Assembly: GCA_973895155.1 (NCBI GenBank)
Contig: OZ316899.1
Coordinates: forward strand, 1,201,573-1,265,572
Direction of reading: 5' to 3'
Length of the DNA: 64,000 nt
Source: Marsupella aquatica
Lineage: Eukaryota; Plantae; Marchantiophyta
This document shows positions 13,232 to 25,975 of this stretch, one piece after another. Under the pieces are notes generated by a model that had not been told where the DNA came from, did not search any database, and saw only the letters and a list, made by a program, of their open reading frames with translations. How positions within the stretch are numbered: the first letter of the stretch is position 1; each line of letters begins with the position of its first letter. The translations under genes were made by a program, and so were the position numbers.

Positions 13232-14091
13232 TGTTGCGAGGACTTAAAGTTAGGGGCTCCTCGGGTAAACTACGCATTTTTGGCTGCAATCGAGACAGGC
13301 GACAAGCACTTTTTGGAGCAAACTCTCACTCCTTTATATTTTTTACTTTTCTCACAAAGGTTACAATAGGTGCCCTCGAGTAAGCTTGCCCGCAAGAGTC
13401 TGGTAGCTGGCCCTACGGCGGGCTGCTACCTCTAACTTGTCGAGTAGAACTCCTTGAGTGACTAACTACTCAAAATCTGACGGAAAAACTATCCTCCTTA
13501 GCTCACAAAACCAAAACTCGACTAACTACTCCACTAGTCTAAAACAGCTCACACGGAACTCGGGCCTGGACCAACGAGGCTCCAAACTCAAGAAATCCTC
13601 GCCTGGATCGACAAGACTCCAAACTTGAGAAATCCCTGCCTGGATCAACAAGACTCCAGACTCGAGAAATTCCCCGTCTGGATAAAAAACTCCCCACCTG
13701 GATCCAACACTCGCTCATAACTCCAAAACCGCCGCACAACAGTCGAGTTCCGTAGAACAGAGCGGAACTCACATAATGCAACTTTGCCAACCTCAATGAG
13801 CCAAGGCTCAAGTCTTAAGTAGCATCGGAAACCCAACCATCCAGCCTAAGCCAGCTGCCATCAGCGAGGCTCATCCAAACTCCAAGCCTGGTGACTCACC
13901 CAAACACCAAACCTGGTGACGACGAGTCACCCAATCACCAAACCTGGTGACGACAAGTCACCCAATCACCAAACCTCAATCCATCCAACCAAGTAGCCCC
14001 TCCGAGTCATCATGCACGCAACCCAACCGGGAGGCCTCGCCCATCATTCCCTATAAAAGCCATTCCTGAGCCAAAATCTTTCGGCACGACA
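13232..14091 (-). repeat. 5' LTR of Y1
   Basis: TGTTGCGAGG...CACGACA; homologous to 9166-10014 with indels. Confidence 0.92.
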
Positions 14092-14747
14092 ACGGGTAAT
14101 CAAAGTTAAGGAGATAGTGGTGTCATCCTGCTAGGCGGATGGCTCTCTTGTATTCACGTTCGATCTCGTATCGGCGCGGGTTGGCATGTTTCAATGAGTT
14201 GGCCAAGTGCCCTCCGATAGACAGGATCTGAGTCCAGAATCGTATGGCTGAACCGGAAAGGATCGTGTGCAACATTCGGAGGAGATAGCAGGTGACTAAG
14301 GAAAAAGCGGGAGAGTTGGGGTCGAAGCTGGCGCGTGGACTGAAGAACTGGTGCACTGCAAAGGATCGGCCCCCTTTTATACCCTGAGAGCTCGTCAATC
14401 GCCCGACGCCTCCTCGTCGCTTATAGGCCAAGCCTTTCATGCTTGCAGTGTACCGGCCCCTTCGCCGGTCCGGGTCAGCTTGTGTCAGTGGCCGCCTCCC
14501 GGAGTTCGTTATACGGACCCGAGGGGGGGAAAGGGGGCCCATTACACGCTCGCAACCCGGGCGTGCAAATGGTGACTCGCCGCCAGCCCAAACATGAATT
14601 CCCCTTATTGACTAATGATTTCCTACTCATAATGGCTACCTAAATATTGTTGTTATGCTAATAAGAATGGCCTATGATACCCCTAACGCGCGTGCTAAGC
14701 GCGGTTAGACCGAATCACTCATTACCCGCCGTACCGGCAGTGTCACA

Positions 14748-14760
14748 TAGCTCCCTGCTT
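14748..14760 (-). promoter_or_regulatory. Polypurine tract of element X
   Basis: The minus strand reads AAGCAGGGAGCTA immediately before the TGTGACA start of the 3' LTR. Confidence 0.65.
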
Positions 14761-14799
14761 AATTGTGAAGCATCCTCGCGAACATCACTCTCGGCGTTG

Positions 14800-17700
14800 T
14801 CGTCTTGATGGTGGTACTTCTTCACACGATTGTAACTGACTCGCGTGGGTAGTAAATCGCTGGCGTACGTTGCAAGTTCCAAAGATCCGTTAGGGTAGAT
14901 CTGATTGACTAGGAAAGGCCCTAATCAACGGGTATGAAGCTTCCCCGAAAACTGCATGTACCTACTATCGTACAGTAGGACTAGATCGCCTGTCACGACG
15001 TCGACCTTCTGTAGTCCTTTGTCGTGCTGCTTCTTGGAAGCTACCTGCTGCTTTACGACGTGTCGAGCTGCCAGTAGCCATGCTTCTTCTAATGCTTCAA
15101 TCTGATAAGCACTGTTCGATGAACTTTCAGCTTTGGGTAAGTGATCCCGAATGCTTACCTGGGGAGTGTGGACTTCAAACTCAACGGGCACCAACGAATG
15201 TTGGCCAAACATGAGAAAGTACGGGCTGTGACTCGTAGTAGTCTTGTAAGCCAGATTATACGAATACACCGCTGCGTACAACTTGTCATCCCAATCCGTT
15301 TTGTGCGCGGCTACTGTCTTGTTGAGGATCTTCCCAATGATACCATTGGCTCTCTCTGTCAACCCGTTGGCTTTAGGATGATACGGGGTAGTCTTGCGGT
15401 GCTTGACTAGGTAACGCTCTGTAAGCTGGGCTACGGTGTCATTGAGGAAGTATGTTCCACGGTCGCTTACTAACTCCAAGGGCGGCCCAAACCGGGTGAA
15501 GATCTGCTCGTATAAGAACCTGGCGCTGGTTGCAGCGTCGTCCTTTACCGTAGCCCGTGCTTCAACCCATTTGGTGGAGTAATGTATAGCTAGCAGGATG
15601 TACCTGCATCTTCATCGTTGGGTAATGAGAGTGAACGGCCCGATATAATCAATACCCCACTTCTCGAATGGTGCTAGCAGGAGCACAGAAGTGAGGGGGT
15701 GGTTATGGGTTCTCCTCGGGGCACCAGCCCGTTGGCACAAATCACATCCCTTGATAAAGCGTTGTACATCTCGATACAACGTAGGCCACCAATACCCCGA
15801 ATCCAGAATCTTTTGGGCTGTCGTGAGAGACGCGAAATGGCCTCCAGCTTCTTCTTCATGCAAGGCCCACATAACGATGAGCATCTCCTTGTACTCTAAG
15901 CAGCGTCGTAGCTTCCCATTAACTCCTTCCTTGTGTAGGTGACCCTATATCATAACGTATGGCCCGGCCTTCCGTAAAAACACAGCGGCGGCCTCCTGAT
16001 TGATGTTGTTGGGGATGCGGCCTGTGAAGAGGAAGGTGATTATTGAGCCATACCACGTAGGTGCTCCCGCCCCTACATGGAATAACTCCTCGTCCGGAAA
16101 AGTATCATTAATTGGCTGATCGACTGGTAGGCCGTCCAACCTTGAAAAGAAGTCGGCGTTGAGATGTGCCTTTCCTGGCCAAACCCAAACTTTGTAGTTA
16201 AATTTCTGGAGAAGTAGCACCCACCGGGCTATCCGCTCGTCACGTCCGCTTTGTTGACCATGTACTTCAGGCTATCATGATCCGTGTGGAATATGACCTT
16301 GTAGCCAAGTAGATAGTGTCGGAACTTCTTACATGAGTAGATTATTCCCAGAGCTTCTTGATCAGTGGGAGAATAATTTTTTTTGGCTGTGAATAGTTGA
16401 CGGCTAGCGAAGTAGATGGGGTGGTCACGTCCGTCCTCATCAAGCTGACTGAGCACGGACCCGATACAGAATCCTGACACATCGACATACACATGGAACT
16501 CCTTATTCCAGTCCAGGGTGACCATGATAGGTGCGGTGGTGAGTCATTTATGGAGTTCTTCGAAAGCAATCCGTCTCCTGGGTGTCTCCTCGATCACCGC
16601 ATCCTTCTTCATCATCTCAGTTAAGGGCAACACAATCTTAGCAAAATCTTTAATGAATCGACGATAGTACCCTACACAGCCCAAGAAGGATCGTACCGCT
16701 TTTTGATCTATGGGAAACACCACCACCATCCAAGCTGCGACCTTCTCTTGGTCCACCTCGATTCCCCATTTGGACACACGATGACCAAGTAACACTCCCT
16801 CCTCTACCCCGAAAAAACATTTAGCGGGATGTAGCTTGAGGTTAACCTCTCGGCATTGTTGTAGCGTACATCGTAGATGTTTGGGGTGCATGGCGACGGT
16901 TCCAAAGATGGCGAAGTTGTCGATAAATATTTCCAGAAATTCCCGTAGGAAATTGTGGAAGATATTCATCATGAGTCGCTGAAACATGGCCGGGGCGTTA
17001 CACAGCCCAAACGGCATTCTCCAAAATGCAAATGTCCCCCATTCCATAGTGAATGTTGTTTTGAGCTGATCCGAGAGGCAGATCAGATTTGATTATAACC
17101 CGAATACCCGTCAAGGAATGTATAAATTTTGTTTTGGGCTACCATATCTAGAACCATATCCGTGAATGGTAACGGGTAATGGCCTTTTCGGGTTGCGTCG
17201 TTCAGCTTACGATAGTCCTGACAGATCCGAATCTTAGGTTTTCTGTCCCTACCTCCCTTCTTTGGTACAATGACAATGGGAGAAACCCAGTCGCTGGCCA
17301 TTATCGGGTAGATGATATCTGCGGCGAGGAGATTATCAATTTCCTCCTCCTTCACTAAGATGGAGTACCTCAGGTTCATGCTACGTTGTCGCTGCCGTAC
17401 TGCATGGGCCCCCAGGTTCAAATTGATCGTGTGTTCTCCCAACTTGGGGGAGACTCCCGTCAAATTGTGATGGCTCCATGCGAACACATCTTTATATTCG
17501 TTGAGCAGTGCTTGGATAGATGTTTCCGCCTCCCCCGTCAGAGCGTGTCCCAGGTTAAAAGACTTATCCATCCCAATGGTGTACTTCCGATAGTGCTCCT
17601 TCCTTATGATTTCCACCTGGTTCTGCAAGCTTGGGTCCAGGCTCGCATCCAACTCAGCTAACCAAACTCCTCCGTACATGGGTGGAACCAGGATCGGTTT

Positions 17701-18655
17701 TGGATTTGGAGTTAATTCCTCCAATTGCGGGTTGGACGGGTCCCAGGAGACTCGTTTCTTATGTCTCGGTCTCGGGTTTTTGGCCTCGGGCAGTTGTTTG
17801 GCCGGTTCGTAGTCACTAGGCTCTGCACTGGTAGAAGCAGCATCGGCTCCCTACTTAGCTGGAGCCGTGTCCTCCGTATTGATGGGCCGTTTTTGCGTTT
17901 CATCGGTCCGGGCGGTAGAGGTGCTCGGGGTGGACTCAATACCAACCTTCGGGTAATTCAGGAGATGCGTTTCCCGGGTTGCCTCTACTCCAAAGACATC
18001 TTCCTCGGACAGGGACGAAATGAGTTCAATCATATTGAGCTCATCTTCCTCCGAGGTCTCCGAATCATATTCCTCGGGTCCCTGTGGGGTTTCAACCTGG
18101 TAATCATCCATTGCCCATGATACTCGTACTGTGGGTGTCCCGAATCGTAGCTCCTTCTTTCCCCAATCCGTGACTACACGGCCACCATACAACCACGGCC
18201 TGCCCAGAAGGACCGGATAAGAGGAGGGCCGAACCGGCCTCATGACTAGGAAGTTGAGATAGAACTCCATCCCTCCTACAAGAGTGAGCACCCGCGTGAG
18301 CGTGCCCAATGGAAGGACCCTTGCCCCGTTTGCTAATCTGATCGCTTGGGCTGTGGGTTGATATGTGAGGTATCCTAACTACACTGATGTTTCCTCAGTC
18401 ATGATGTTGACTCCCGCTCCTCCGTCTACAAGAACCATCTTGATGGTACAATTATTGATCTCAATCGAGATGTCCGGCGCTCCTAGGTCTTCGCATATCA
18501 TGTTGCAGTCCGCAATCCCAACTCGGGGTAGTTGCCTCCGTCACCGACCCGTAAGAAACTCCCTCAGTTGTCGTCGGTATTGTGGATTGTTCTACAACAA
18601 TTTCCCTACCGTTGCCGTAACCGGGCAACTCTTCACGTCTTCCTTAATATCATAG
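14800..18655 (-). pseudogene. Element X pol (protease, RT, RNase H, integrase), disrupted
   Basis: LVDGGAGVN (18365-18655 region), RICQDYRKLN, FLDGYSGYNQI, FIDNF, YVDVSGFCIG, GGHFA..CDLCQR, FEKWGIDYIGP, ELVSDRGT, YHPKANG. Confidence 0.93.
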
Positions 18656-19490
18656 TCCTCCTTCTTTTCTTCCTTCGGCTGCTGCTTGGCTTCCTCCTCC
18701 TGCTTTTCTTGCTCCTGTCGCCGGGCGGCCTTGGCTGCTTTGATGTCCTTATCGATTGCCTTCTGGTATTCCCAAGCTTCGTAGGCCTCCAACTGTTTCT
18801 TTACCAATTCTTTGATGCGGGGGTAAAATAGCTTCTGGTCGTCCCGACGGTAGTCATCGTCCTTCTTTGGGGGTATATCTATCGCTGGCTGCACTGGAGT
18901 AGTATCTTGCTTTTTCCTGTGTTTCTCTTCCTGTTTCTCTTCCTTCCGCTGGGCTCTCGTTGACACTCGGTAGCACTCAACCTTGTCCGATGGATTAGGG
19001 TGCTCCGCCACGTCCACCAGATTTACCCACTTGGTGTTGTCATCTTGCCATTCCACAACAATCATTTGGACGACTGCATCGCTTGTGGCCGGTCCGCCCT
19101 GGGCTGGTCTTGCTGTGTTTGTTCGAGCGGCTATTACCAATGGACAGTTGGCCGTGGAATGAGCTTCCGTTTTGCAGACTTGACATAGTGGTGTGCCTCG
19201 GCCATCCCCCTGGCGTCTTGGTTCAGTGCATTCCCTCGCAAAGTGGCTTGGCTTCTCACAGTTGTAACAAACCGGGGATCACCAAATCCCTCACTTAGGA
19301 GGAATGCTCGGGTTACTGATAACTTGGAAACTTCTGCCATTGTTTGGGTAGGGGTATGCAGTTCTACCTGCTAAGTTACGCGGACCCACCGTTGAAATCT
19401 GATACACCGAATCAGGGGGATCTTCAAAGAAATACTCCGTGGACTCCGATTCAGGTCCCAGGTTGTCAACATCATCTAATTCCACCTGGT
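18592..19490 (-). pseudogene. C-terminal part of X gag/linker, separated from 42130-43354 by the DNA transposon
   Basis: Removing 19491-42125 and one TGGT gives CPRWKNRVHQ|VELDDVDNLG in frame. Confidence 0.85.
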
Positions 19491-19509
19491 AACACCAATT
19501 TAGACAATA
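19491..19509 (+). repeat. Left TIR of the giant DNA transposon
   Basis: Exact reverse complement of 42107-42125. Confidence 0.92.
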
Positions 19510-19764
19510 CCGGTATATTAGATAAATTCTGTTTTTTGCTAAATACTTGAATATATTAGATTAAATTATTAAATTAAATGATAGTTAAGAGTAGAACATC
19601 ATAAAACATCAATCAAACAATAAATTGTGAACACAACACGAGATTCCCCAAATGAATCATTCACAATGTAAAATTGTTGGGAATCCATTTGTACAAAAAT
19701 TTATGTTCTAAATGGCACTTAGAGGTACAAGTAATATTTGAAAACATTTTGTCTTTATCTATTC

Positions 19765-19800
19765 CCTAAACCCTAAACCTAGGCAGTCACCCTAACCCCT
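19765..19800 (+). repeat. Short interstitial plant telomere-like repeats (telo-box)
   Basis: CCCTAAACCCTAAACCTAGG...CCCTAACCCCT; a similar tract occurs at ~29727-29752. Confidence 0.55.
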
Positions 19801-19859
19801 ATTCATGAGAGGAACTTTCATTTGTCCCCACATTGGTTCACTTGTCATTCTTGGTGAAG

Positions 19860-22800
19860 CACTGCATCATCTGCTTCTTTACATCTCTCAAGATTGTCTT
19901 GTGCTTTTACCAAAACAGATTTTAGAATTGAAACCAAACCAGATTTAGTGTTTCGAGACTTGAAGCACCACAAAACACTATTCATATTTTGAGAGGCGTG
20001 GGATATTCTCGTTCATCCCGCTCCCATTTTTTAGTCCAACAATTTTTCCACCTTTGTTTCTGTCCCACTTCACTCTTGCCCATATGAGGCCGGAACCACT
20101 CCACTGAACACACATGCTCAAGCTTGTTCTCATCATTGAGCCCTCCTTCTTCCACATCAGTTACAACTCTTCCCAAATGAACAGGGTAGTTCTCTATATC
20201 CTCCATTGCTGGTCTTTGCAAAATAAAATGACCTTTGACAATATCCACTCTTGGTTGAAAGGCTTCCCGTGGCCTATTCTTCACAGGTCCAACATAGTCC
20301 TCCCTTGCATCCAACTCACATGCAACATTCCAAAAAGTGACAGGCACATTGTCTCTCCAATTGTCCGAGGCCAAAATCCGCCTTTCAAATTGTCTCCATC
20401 TTCTTGCCTATATTGTACAACCTCCATTTCCAATGTCGCTAAGACAACCTTCCAATATTGGATGAGATCGTCCCAAGATTATCTTGACTCCTCTGTCTCG
20501 CTTCTATCCACAATCAATTGGAAGAACTTTAAATGTTTTTGGATCCCTACACGAACATCAGCCAACATGCTTATTTCCGTCATAGGAAGGTTTGGGCATC
20601 CATCCTTTCCCCACGACCACATTTCAATCCCTTCCTTTGGCACCCATGGCACACCATCATTTGACTTGAGCTTATACTGAAAGCATGGCATGCCATCCTC
20701 TTGAACATAGAATCAAAATAGTTGGGGCTTTCCGTGCCCCACCAATGAGTTTGGACCTCTTAGTAGAAAAGGTTCTACGTACCCTTTGAAATCGGGTACT
20801 TCTTGAACAAAATATGGAACTGGACTTGGCGTTCTTGCTTTCATGAACAAGCTCATCAAATCAGGTAATGTCCATGTTGGATTGTGCATAAGAGATTCCG
20901 AGAAATGCCCAAACATCCCATCAACGTCCTCATGAGTGTGCCCAACCATAAGGAATCCAAGTTGAACCTCCTCAAATACCTTCCTTGCTGTTAACAATGA
21001 TAAATATGCCATAACAAATCTGTTCTTGTTGTCACTTGGTGCATTGTCAAGTTATAATTTCAGTGTCCGTGGGAGAGGCCTGAAACAATCACTCGGGGGT
21101 GAAGATGATGACTCAGCTGCATTGTTACAAATCCCAATGTTTTAGAAAAGTATGGAGACAAAGTACCCTTGTTGTACCTGGATTCAAAAAAAAGGAAATA
21201 ATGCTACAAAATCATGGGATTGAGGATTTTCAATATTTAGAAGACTTGAATACCTTGCTCCGCAATGAATGTGGTGTCGTCATTAAATGCTTTCCTTACA
21301 TCTTCCTCAAGAACATCTTTTCTCCCCCATAGAAGGTTGTTGAAGACGTTTGTGGAATCCGGCCCTTCCATAAGTGAATTGATCATAGGTTCAGGATTTT
21401 CCAACATCCGAAGAATTGAGTCTATTGACCCAATGCTTGCATTTGAATCTGGAGCCCAACAAGCAAGATTATACTGAGCCACAGCCTTAGGCCCATGACC
21501 ATGCGTTAAAATACCGGTTACAGTGATGGGCAGTCGAACAGAGCCATTGCAATCTTTTGGATTCCATGGCATTTTTGGAAGAGCAGTTTTACAATGGTCC
21601 ATTTTGTCATGGATGATACAAACTGACTCTTTGGGATGTGCAACAGAATGCGACCTCCAAGCATGATATAAAAGTCTCCCCTGGGTGTGATCTTCATGAT
21701 GCTCCTCCTCATCTCATCTGAAAATCTCCAACTCTTCCTTTCCTCCAGAAAGGCGAGACCTCCGTTGCTGCAACTCACTACAAGTATTGCATTTCGAAAA
21801 GTTGTTTCCCTTCTTGTGAATCAGAACTTCTTTGAAATATTTGTGGTGAAGGAAACTCATTGTTGGTTGGGATATTGGGCCAAGGCCAAGGGCGATGTTT
21901 ATGTCATTCACCCGATCCCTCATAGTCTCCCAAGTAATGGTTGTCAGCAACTCCCGAAGACCTACCCGGGAGTTGTCAGCCAAAGTTCTTTGTTTGGCAG
22001 GATGATTATCCGCACTCTCATCAATAATCATTTTCATTGACATCAATGATTGCAAGACTCTCTCTGACATCCTTTTTTTCCCTTGGTTGCCGTGTTGTGA
22101 TATCTTCAATCCTTCCCGAACCTGCTTCTTCATAATATCAAATTGGGTCTTCTTCTTGGCATGCAATACCTTCCACGCCTCAAGACAAATTGGAACTCCT
22201 TCAACGCCTAACAACCTCTCCCCTTCTGATGTATCCAATGCATTTTGAATCGCCAAAACTTCCTCCTCTTTCCTTTCTTGAAATGACTTACTGAAGTACT
22301 TCTCCCTAATTTTTAGAGCCAAATCACGGTCAAAGTATTGACAACATTTACACCGACAACAATTGTTCGTACTGATCAATAGGATGTCTTCCAGTGACAG
22401 GGCTCGTTCTTTCCTTGTGAGATCCTTCCGCAGTTTCTTTTGAGGTCTCACTTTACTAACATATGACCTCTTGCCGCTTGAGACGTCCTGTCTTTCTCGA
22501 CCCTGATTCTGAAAATGGTAATGTAAACTTTTCCCCCCCGGTGCAATTAACCTTGTAATTGGCCATGGAAAAAGACAATCTTTATATTTCAAATGCTCTC
22601 TTCGAGCACCATCACTGAATTCCGTGATGAGGATACCAACATGTGTCTCTCCAAGTAGTGTCCCTTGCAACACAACATCCAGATTGGTCGTACTTACCAT
22701 CGCAATTGAGAAGTTGACATTATTATCATCGATCACTTTTACAGTCATCTCTCTCCAATCACACTTGCGGATTATAATCTCCTTCTCGTGCTCCCTCCGT

Positions 22801-23129
22801 TCTCCAATTCCTTCCACACCTTCATTTCCATGTTCATACCCTCCTAAATCAGAAATTCCTAGATCTCCAAAAGCAAGCGGCAAAAGATCTGTCCTCCTCC
22901 AAGCTCTTGTGGAATTTGAGACAAATATCTGATTTTCTCCATCGCCATTACTCATAACTTTGTTGATCCTTACCAGCACTCTATCCGAACCAAGTGAGCA
23001 ATCATTTACCTTGATCGTCGGGTCAATATTTATGACCGTCCCTTTTGCAACCAAAGAGGCTCCAACACATAACCCAACCTCTTTCCCAACTCGAATCCAG
23101 CTCTTTGAGTTTACCATTTTTTCTGTCAA
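19860..23129 (-). pseudogene. DDE transposase, Sola-related (GHTHEDxD type), with two N-terminal TNP1/EnSpm-like modules; spliced, with premature stops
   Basis: Putative catalytic segments CIIHDKMDHCKTALP (~21620-21580), LKL*LDNAPSDNKN (TAA at 21052-21054) and MVGHTHEDVDGMF (~20950-20910). Cys motifs CCRCKCC and CNTC. The frame continues through the TGA at 21714-21716 (EIFR*DEEEHHEDH). Probable intron ~21118-21255. Superfamily assignment is from memory of motifs. Confidence 0.8.
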
Positions 23130-23192
23130 AATGAAATAATTACAATTAATTCCAAAACAACCTTACCGATAACATGAATTAATTTCCTACAG

Positions 23193-23786
23193 CGGAACAT
23201 TGTCCCGTCGGTGATTATCCATTATCAAGTCAAAAATTAATTTAGCCATTGTTAATATTCTCACAAACCGCACGGAACACTGTCCTGTCCCTCCATAAAA
23301 ACAAACTCCAAAAATACCAGATAACATCGGATTATTAGAAACCCGATATCCGTCCTTCATATCTTCAACTGTCCTGGCGGAACATTGTCCCGTCAGTTGG
23401 TCAAAATCAATTGGAATGATCTCCCAGAAGAGACATCCACATAAATAAAACTCAAATTAATTACCTTTCGGTGTCACCAATCTTCCACTGTTTTGGCGAA
23501 ACAGTGTTCCCTATGTCGGGGAGAATAAATTCTCGGTATCTCGAATATGAGATATCCTGATAAATATCAGTCAAAAAATTCTATCGGACTAATCTTGAAC
23601 TCTGCCGGCGGAACAGTGTTCCGTTTGACGGTGAAAATAAGTTGGGGGTCTCTGAAAGAAGATAATCCTCATAAATAAAATGGAAAAACATCTAGCGGCC
23701 ACCTAACTAACTCTGACTCTCGCTCTTCGGCTAATACTTATTCTTTGAAACTCCAGCATAAGGAACCCCCACGGGACGGTGTTCCG
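23193..23786. promoter_or_regulatory. Cluster 1 of the 15 bp palindrome CGGAAC-N3-GTTCCG (6 copies), upstream of the transposase
   Basis: Copies start at 23193, 23273, 23378, 23497, 23609 (perfect arms) and 23772. The regulatory role is inferred. Confidence 0.75.
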
Positions 23787-24889
23787 TCGCCCTCTCCCTC
23801 CAGGTATTAAACATTTCCCGATCCGACATGACTCTTTTAAGACCTTCGTTCAGAAGAATCTCTCAGACATGACACAAGACCAAGTTTGATTTTCAGGAGA
23901 GAGTAAACCTAGTATCCAGTCAGAAGAGCTTGAATATCTCTAGAATCTAATGAGATCATGAGAAATGAATCCTAATTGAGTCAGAAGTTGGGATATGAAG
24001 TTCAAATTGATTTGAACTGAAATGAACTGATCTCATCTTAAACAAGAGTCTCACAAGAGCACGATCTCATCTAAAACAAGAGATATCACAAATTAAACCT
24101 TGCGAGTACCTTCTTCGATGACCAAGACTTGTCTCCAACTCAGTCTCAGATTGTGGACAAAAAACGATTAATCTCTGATACCTGATTCAATGAACCGTCG
24201 AGTCTCGAAGATTGTTGGTTCACACGCAAGCTCCAAATCAGCGAGAACGCAGATGCTAAACTTGTTCTCCGCCTTGCTCCACGATGCACAAATGGAAAAT
24301 GAAATGGAAAGAAGGGTCTGAAAACAGAATACCCATCCCGTCTTGCTCACCTTCAAGGTTTTTGGGGGGAAATTCAAAATTCAAAATTTGAAAATCAGAA
24401 GTGAACACTTGTACTGGATCCGCATGTGCGCGGACCAAATTTGAAATTTGAAATTCAAAAGCTGAAACTGTACACTCTCACGTGAGGTCTTGTACATGTG
24501 AGCAGACCTTCGGATGTCATGACTGTACACATATTACTGTATATATTCATTTAGGTAACGTTCCCGGTATTGTTCGGACCAAAGTCAGTCACCATAATTT
24601 TCATTGTTAGTCAGAATACTTTCTTGACCATCTATGTATATAATTTTATGCACCCATACAGTACGCTACCCATGATAATCTATGTCATAAGAAGAATTTA
24701 ATTGATTGTAAATTTTATATTTAATTGATTTAATTTTATACTGTAATAAAAAACATCAAAACCAAAAAAATAGTATAAAAGCCGTAAAAGAGTGGGGGTG
24801 GGGTGTGGGATCAAAAAAATGAAAAATACAAAGCCAAAAACAATTTTTAGCTGGTGATAATACACTATTGTTGTGACTCATTTTTTGCC

Positions 24890-25520
24890 CCATGACATCT
24901 TTTACTAGTCAGATAACATTTTTGGGGCAATTAATATGTCTTCTACTACTTAGACATGTTTTGGGCAGTGATATTTGTTGCTTAATGACATCTTTTGAGC
25001 TGGAAATTTCTGGATAATTTTTGCACATCTTTTCATTATTAATGATATTTAATGCTACGACATGTTTTACTTCACAACATCTATCAATGAGTAATGACAT
25101 TTAATTTTTTACTTGACGACAGCTTTGGAATCATGACATAGTTTTACTTTACGACATCTTTGACATTATAACAACATCTTTTTACTTGACCACACCGATC
25201 TTGGACATAACGACGTTATTGGCATATGTTTTCCTTGATGACATATGTTTTACTTCACAACAACTTTGGCAACACGATCTCATTTTACTTGACAATATCT
25301 TTGACATAACAGCATCTTTGGCGGCCCGACATCTTTGGCATCTTTACAACATCTTGGGCAACACGACATTTTTTATTAAGAACACCTAGTTGGGCACACA
25401 ATATTTTTTTCTCAATGATGTTTTGGGCAACACAATATCTTTTTTTTTCAATGACATATTGGCTAACACAATATGTTTTTCCTCAAGGACATTTTAGCCG
25501 ACACAACATCTTTTTTCTCA
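24890..25520 (+). repeat. Degenerate ~25 bp minisatellite (ACRACATCTT core)
   Basis: Many spaced ACAACATCTT/ACGACATCTT/GACATCTTT units; inverted copies at 26530-26710 and 27790-27915, direct copies at 27970-28110. Confidence 0.75.
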
Positions 25521-25724
25521 ACAATCTCTTTTGTGCAACTCACGGGTATTGAGCTAGTATCGCATAACAAACATTAACCAGGCCCGTGACAAAGGGGTTT
25601 GGTCACATTATTTACTTGGAAACAAAATAAATAAATCATTAAATGCTTGGTCCCATCCTCTTTCCTCCTCCATATTAATGTTAGGAATTGACTCGAGTTC
25701 CCGACTATAGTTAGTTTGGCCTTA

Positions 25725-25975
25725 CTAGGGTTAATTGACCCTTGGTTAGTTTAGGATAAGATCCACTTATTTAGGCCCACACATCTTAGTCCCCCTTGGG
25801 GGGTATAGGTTGGAGGGAGAGCATTCTCTCCCTCATTCTTCACATGTTCAATCTCATAAGCTATGGATCCTTCAGGAGTTTGTCCATGATCGTGGTGTCT
25901 TGTTGGTGTAGTGTGAGATTGAATGCTCTCATGTTCCGCATTGTTGTCTAGTCTGGAGCTGACGGTTTTCCTACA
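25725..25975 (+). repeat. Diverged dispersed repeat (possibly LTR-derived), copy 1; copy 2 at ~28200-28470
   Basis: Shared TTGACCCTTGGTTAGTTTAGGATAAGATCCA...CCCTTGGGGGGTATAGG...CATTCTTCACATGT...CTATGGATC...GGTGTCTTGTTGGT. Confidence 0.75.

Larger units (their letters stand above)
9166..14091 (-). mobile_element. Gypsy element Y1, internally deleted (no RT/RNase H), nested in X's 3' LTR
   Basis: LTRs 9166-10014 and 13232-14091 (TG...CA). TSD ACGG at 9162-9165 and 14092-14095, confirmed against the empty site in the sister LTR (~46792-46808). PBS-like TGGCGACCA next to 13232, PPT next to 10014. Contains gag (FDGRNVTSYL), a knuckle (CMWCDSKEHDKREC), protease (ALIDTGSEIN) and an integrase C-terminus. 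Confidence 0.92.
5829..14747 (-). repeat. 3' LTR of element X (~4.0 kb net of the Y1 insertion at 9166-14091)
   Basis: Collinear with 43484-47456 throughout; TG...CA ends; abuts the PPT at 14748. Confidence 0.9.

Noticed and set aside
5824-14752. The 4 kb X repeats as two independent elements
   Set aside because: Neither has matching flanks of its own (GGTAG/TAGCT and GGCTA/GGTAG); only the outer pair matches and restores the host frame.
19765-19800. True telomere or chromosome-healing site
   Set aside because: Only two to three imperfect units inside a transposon.
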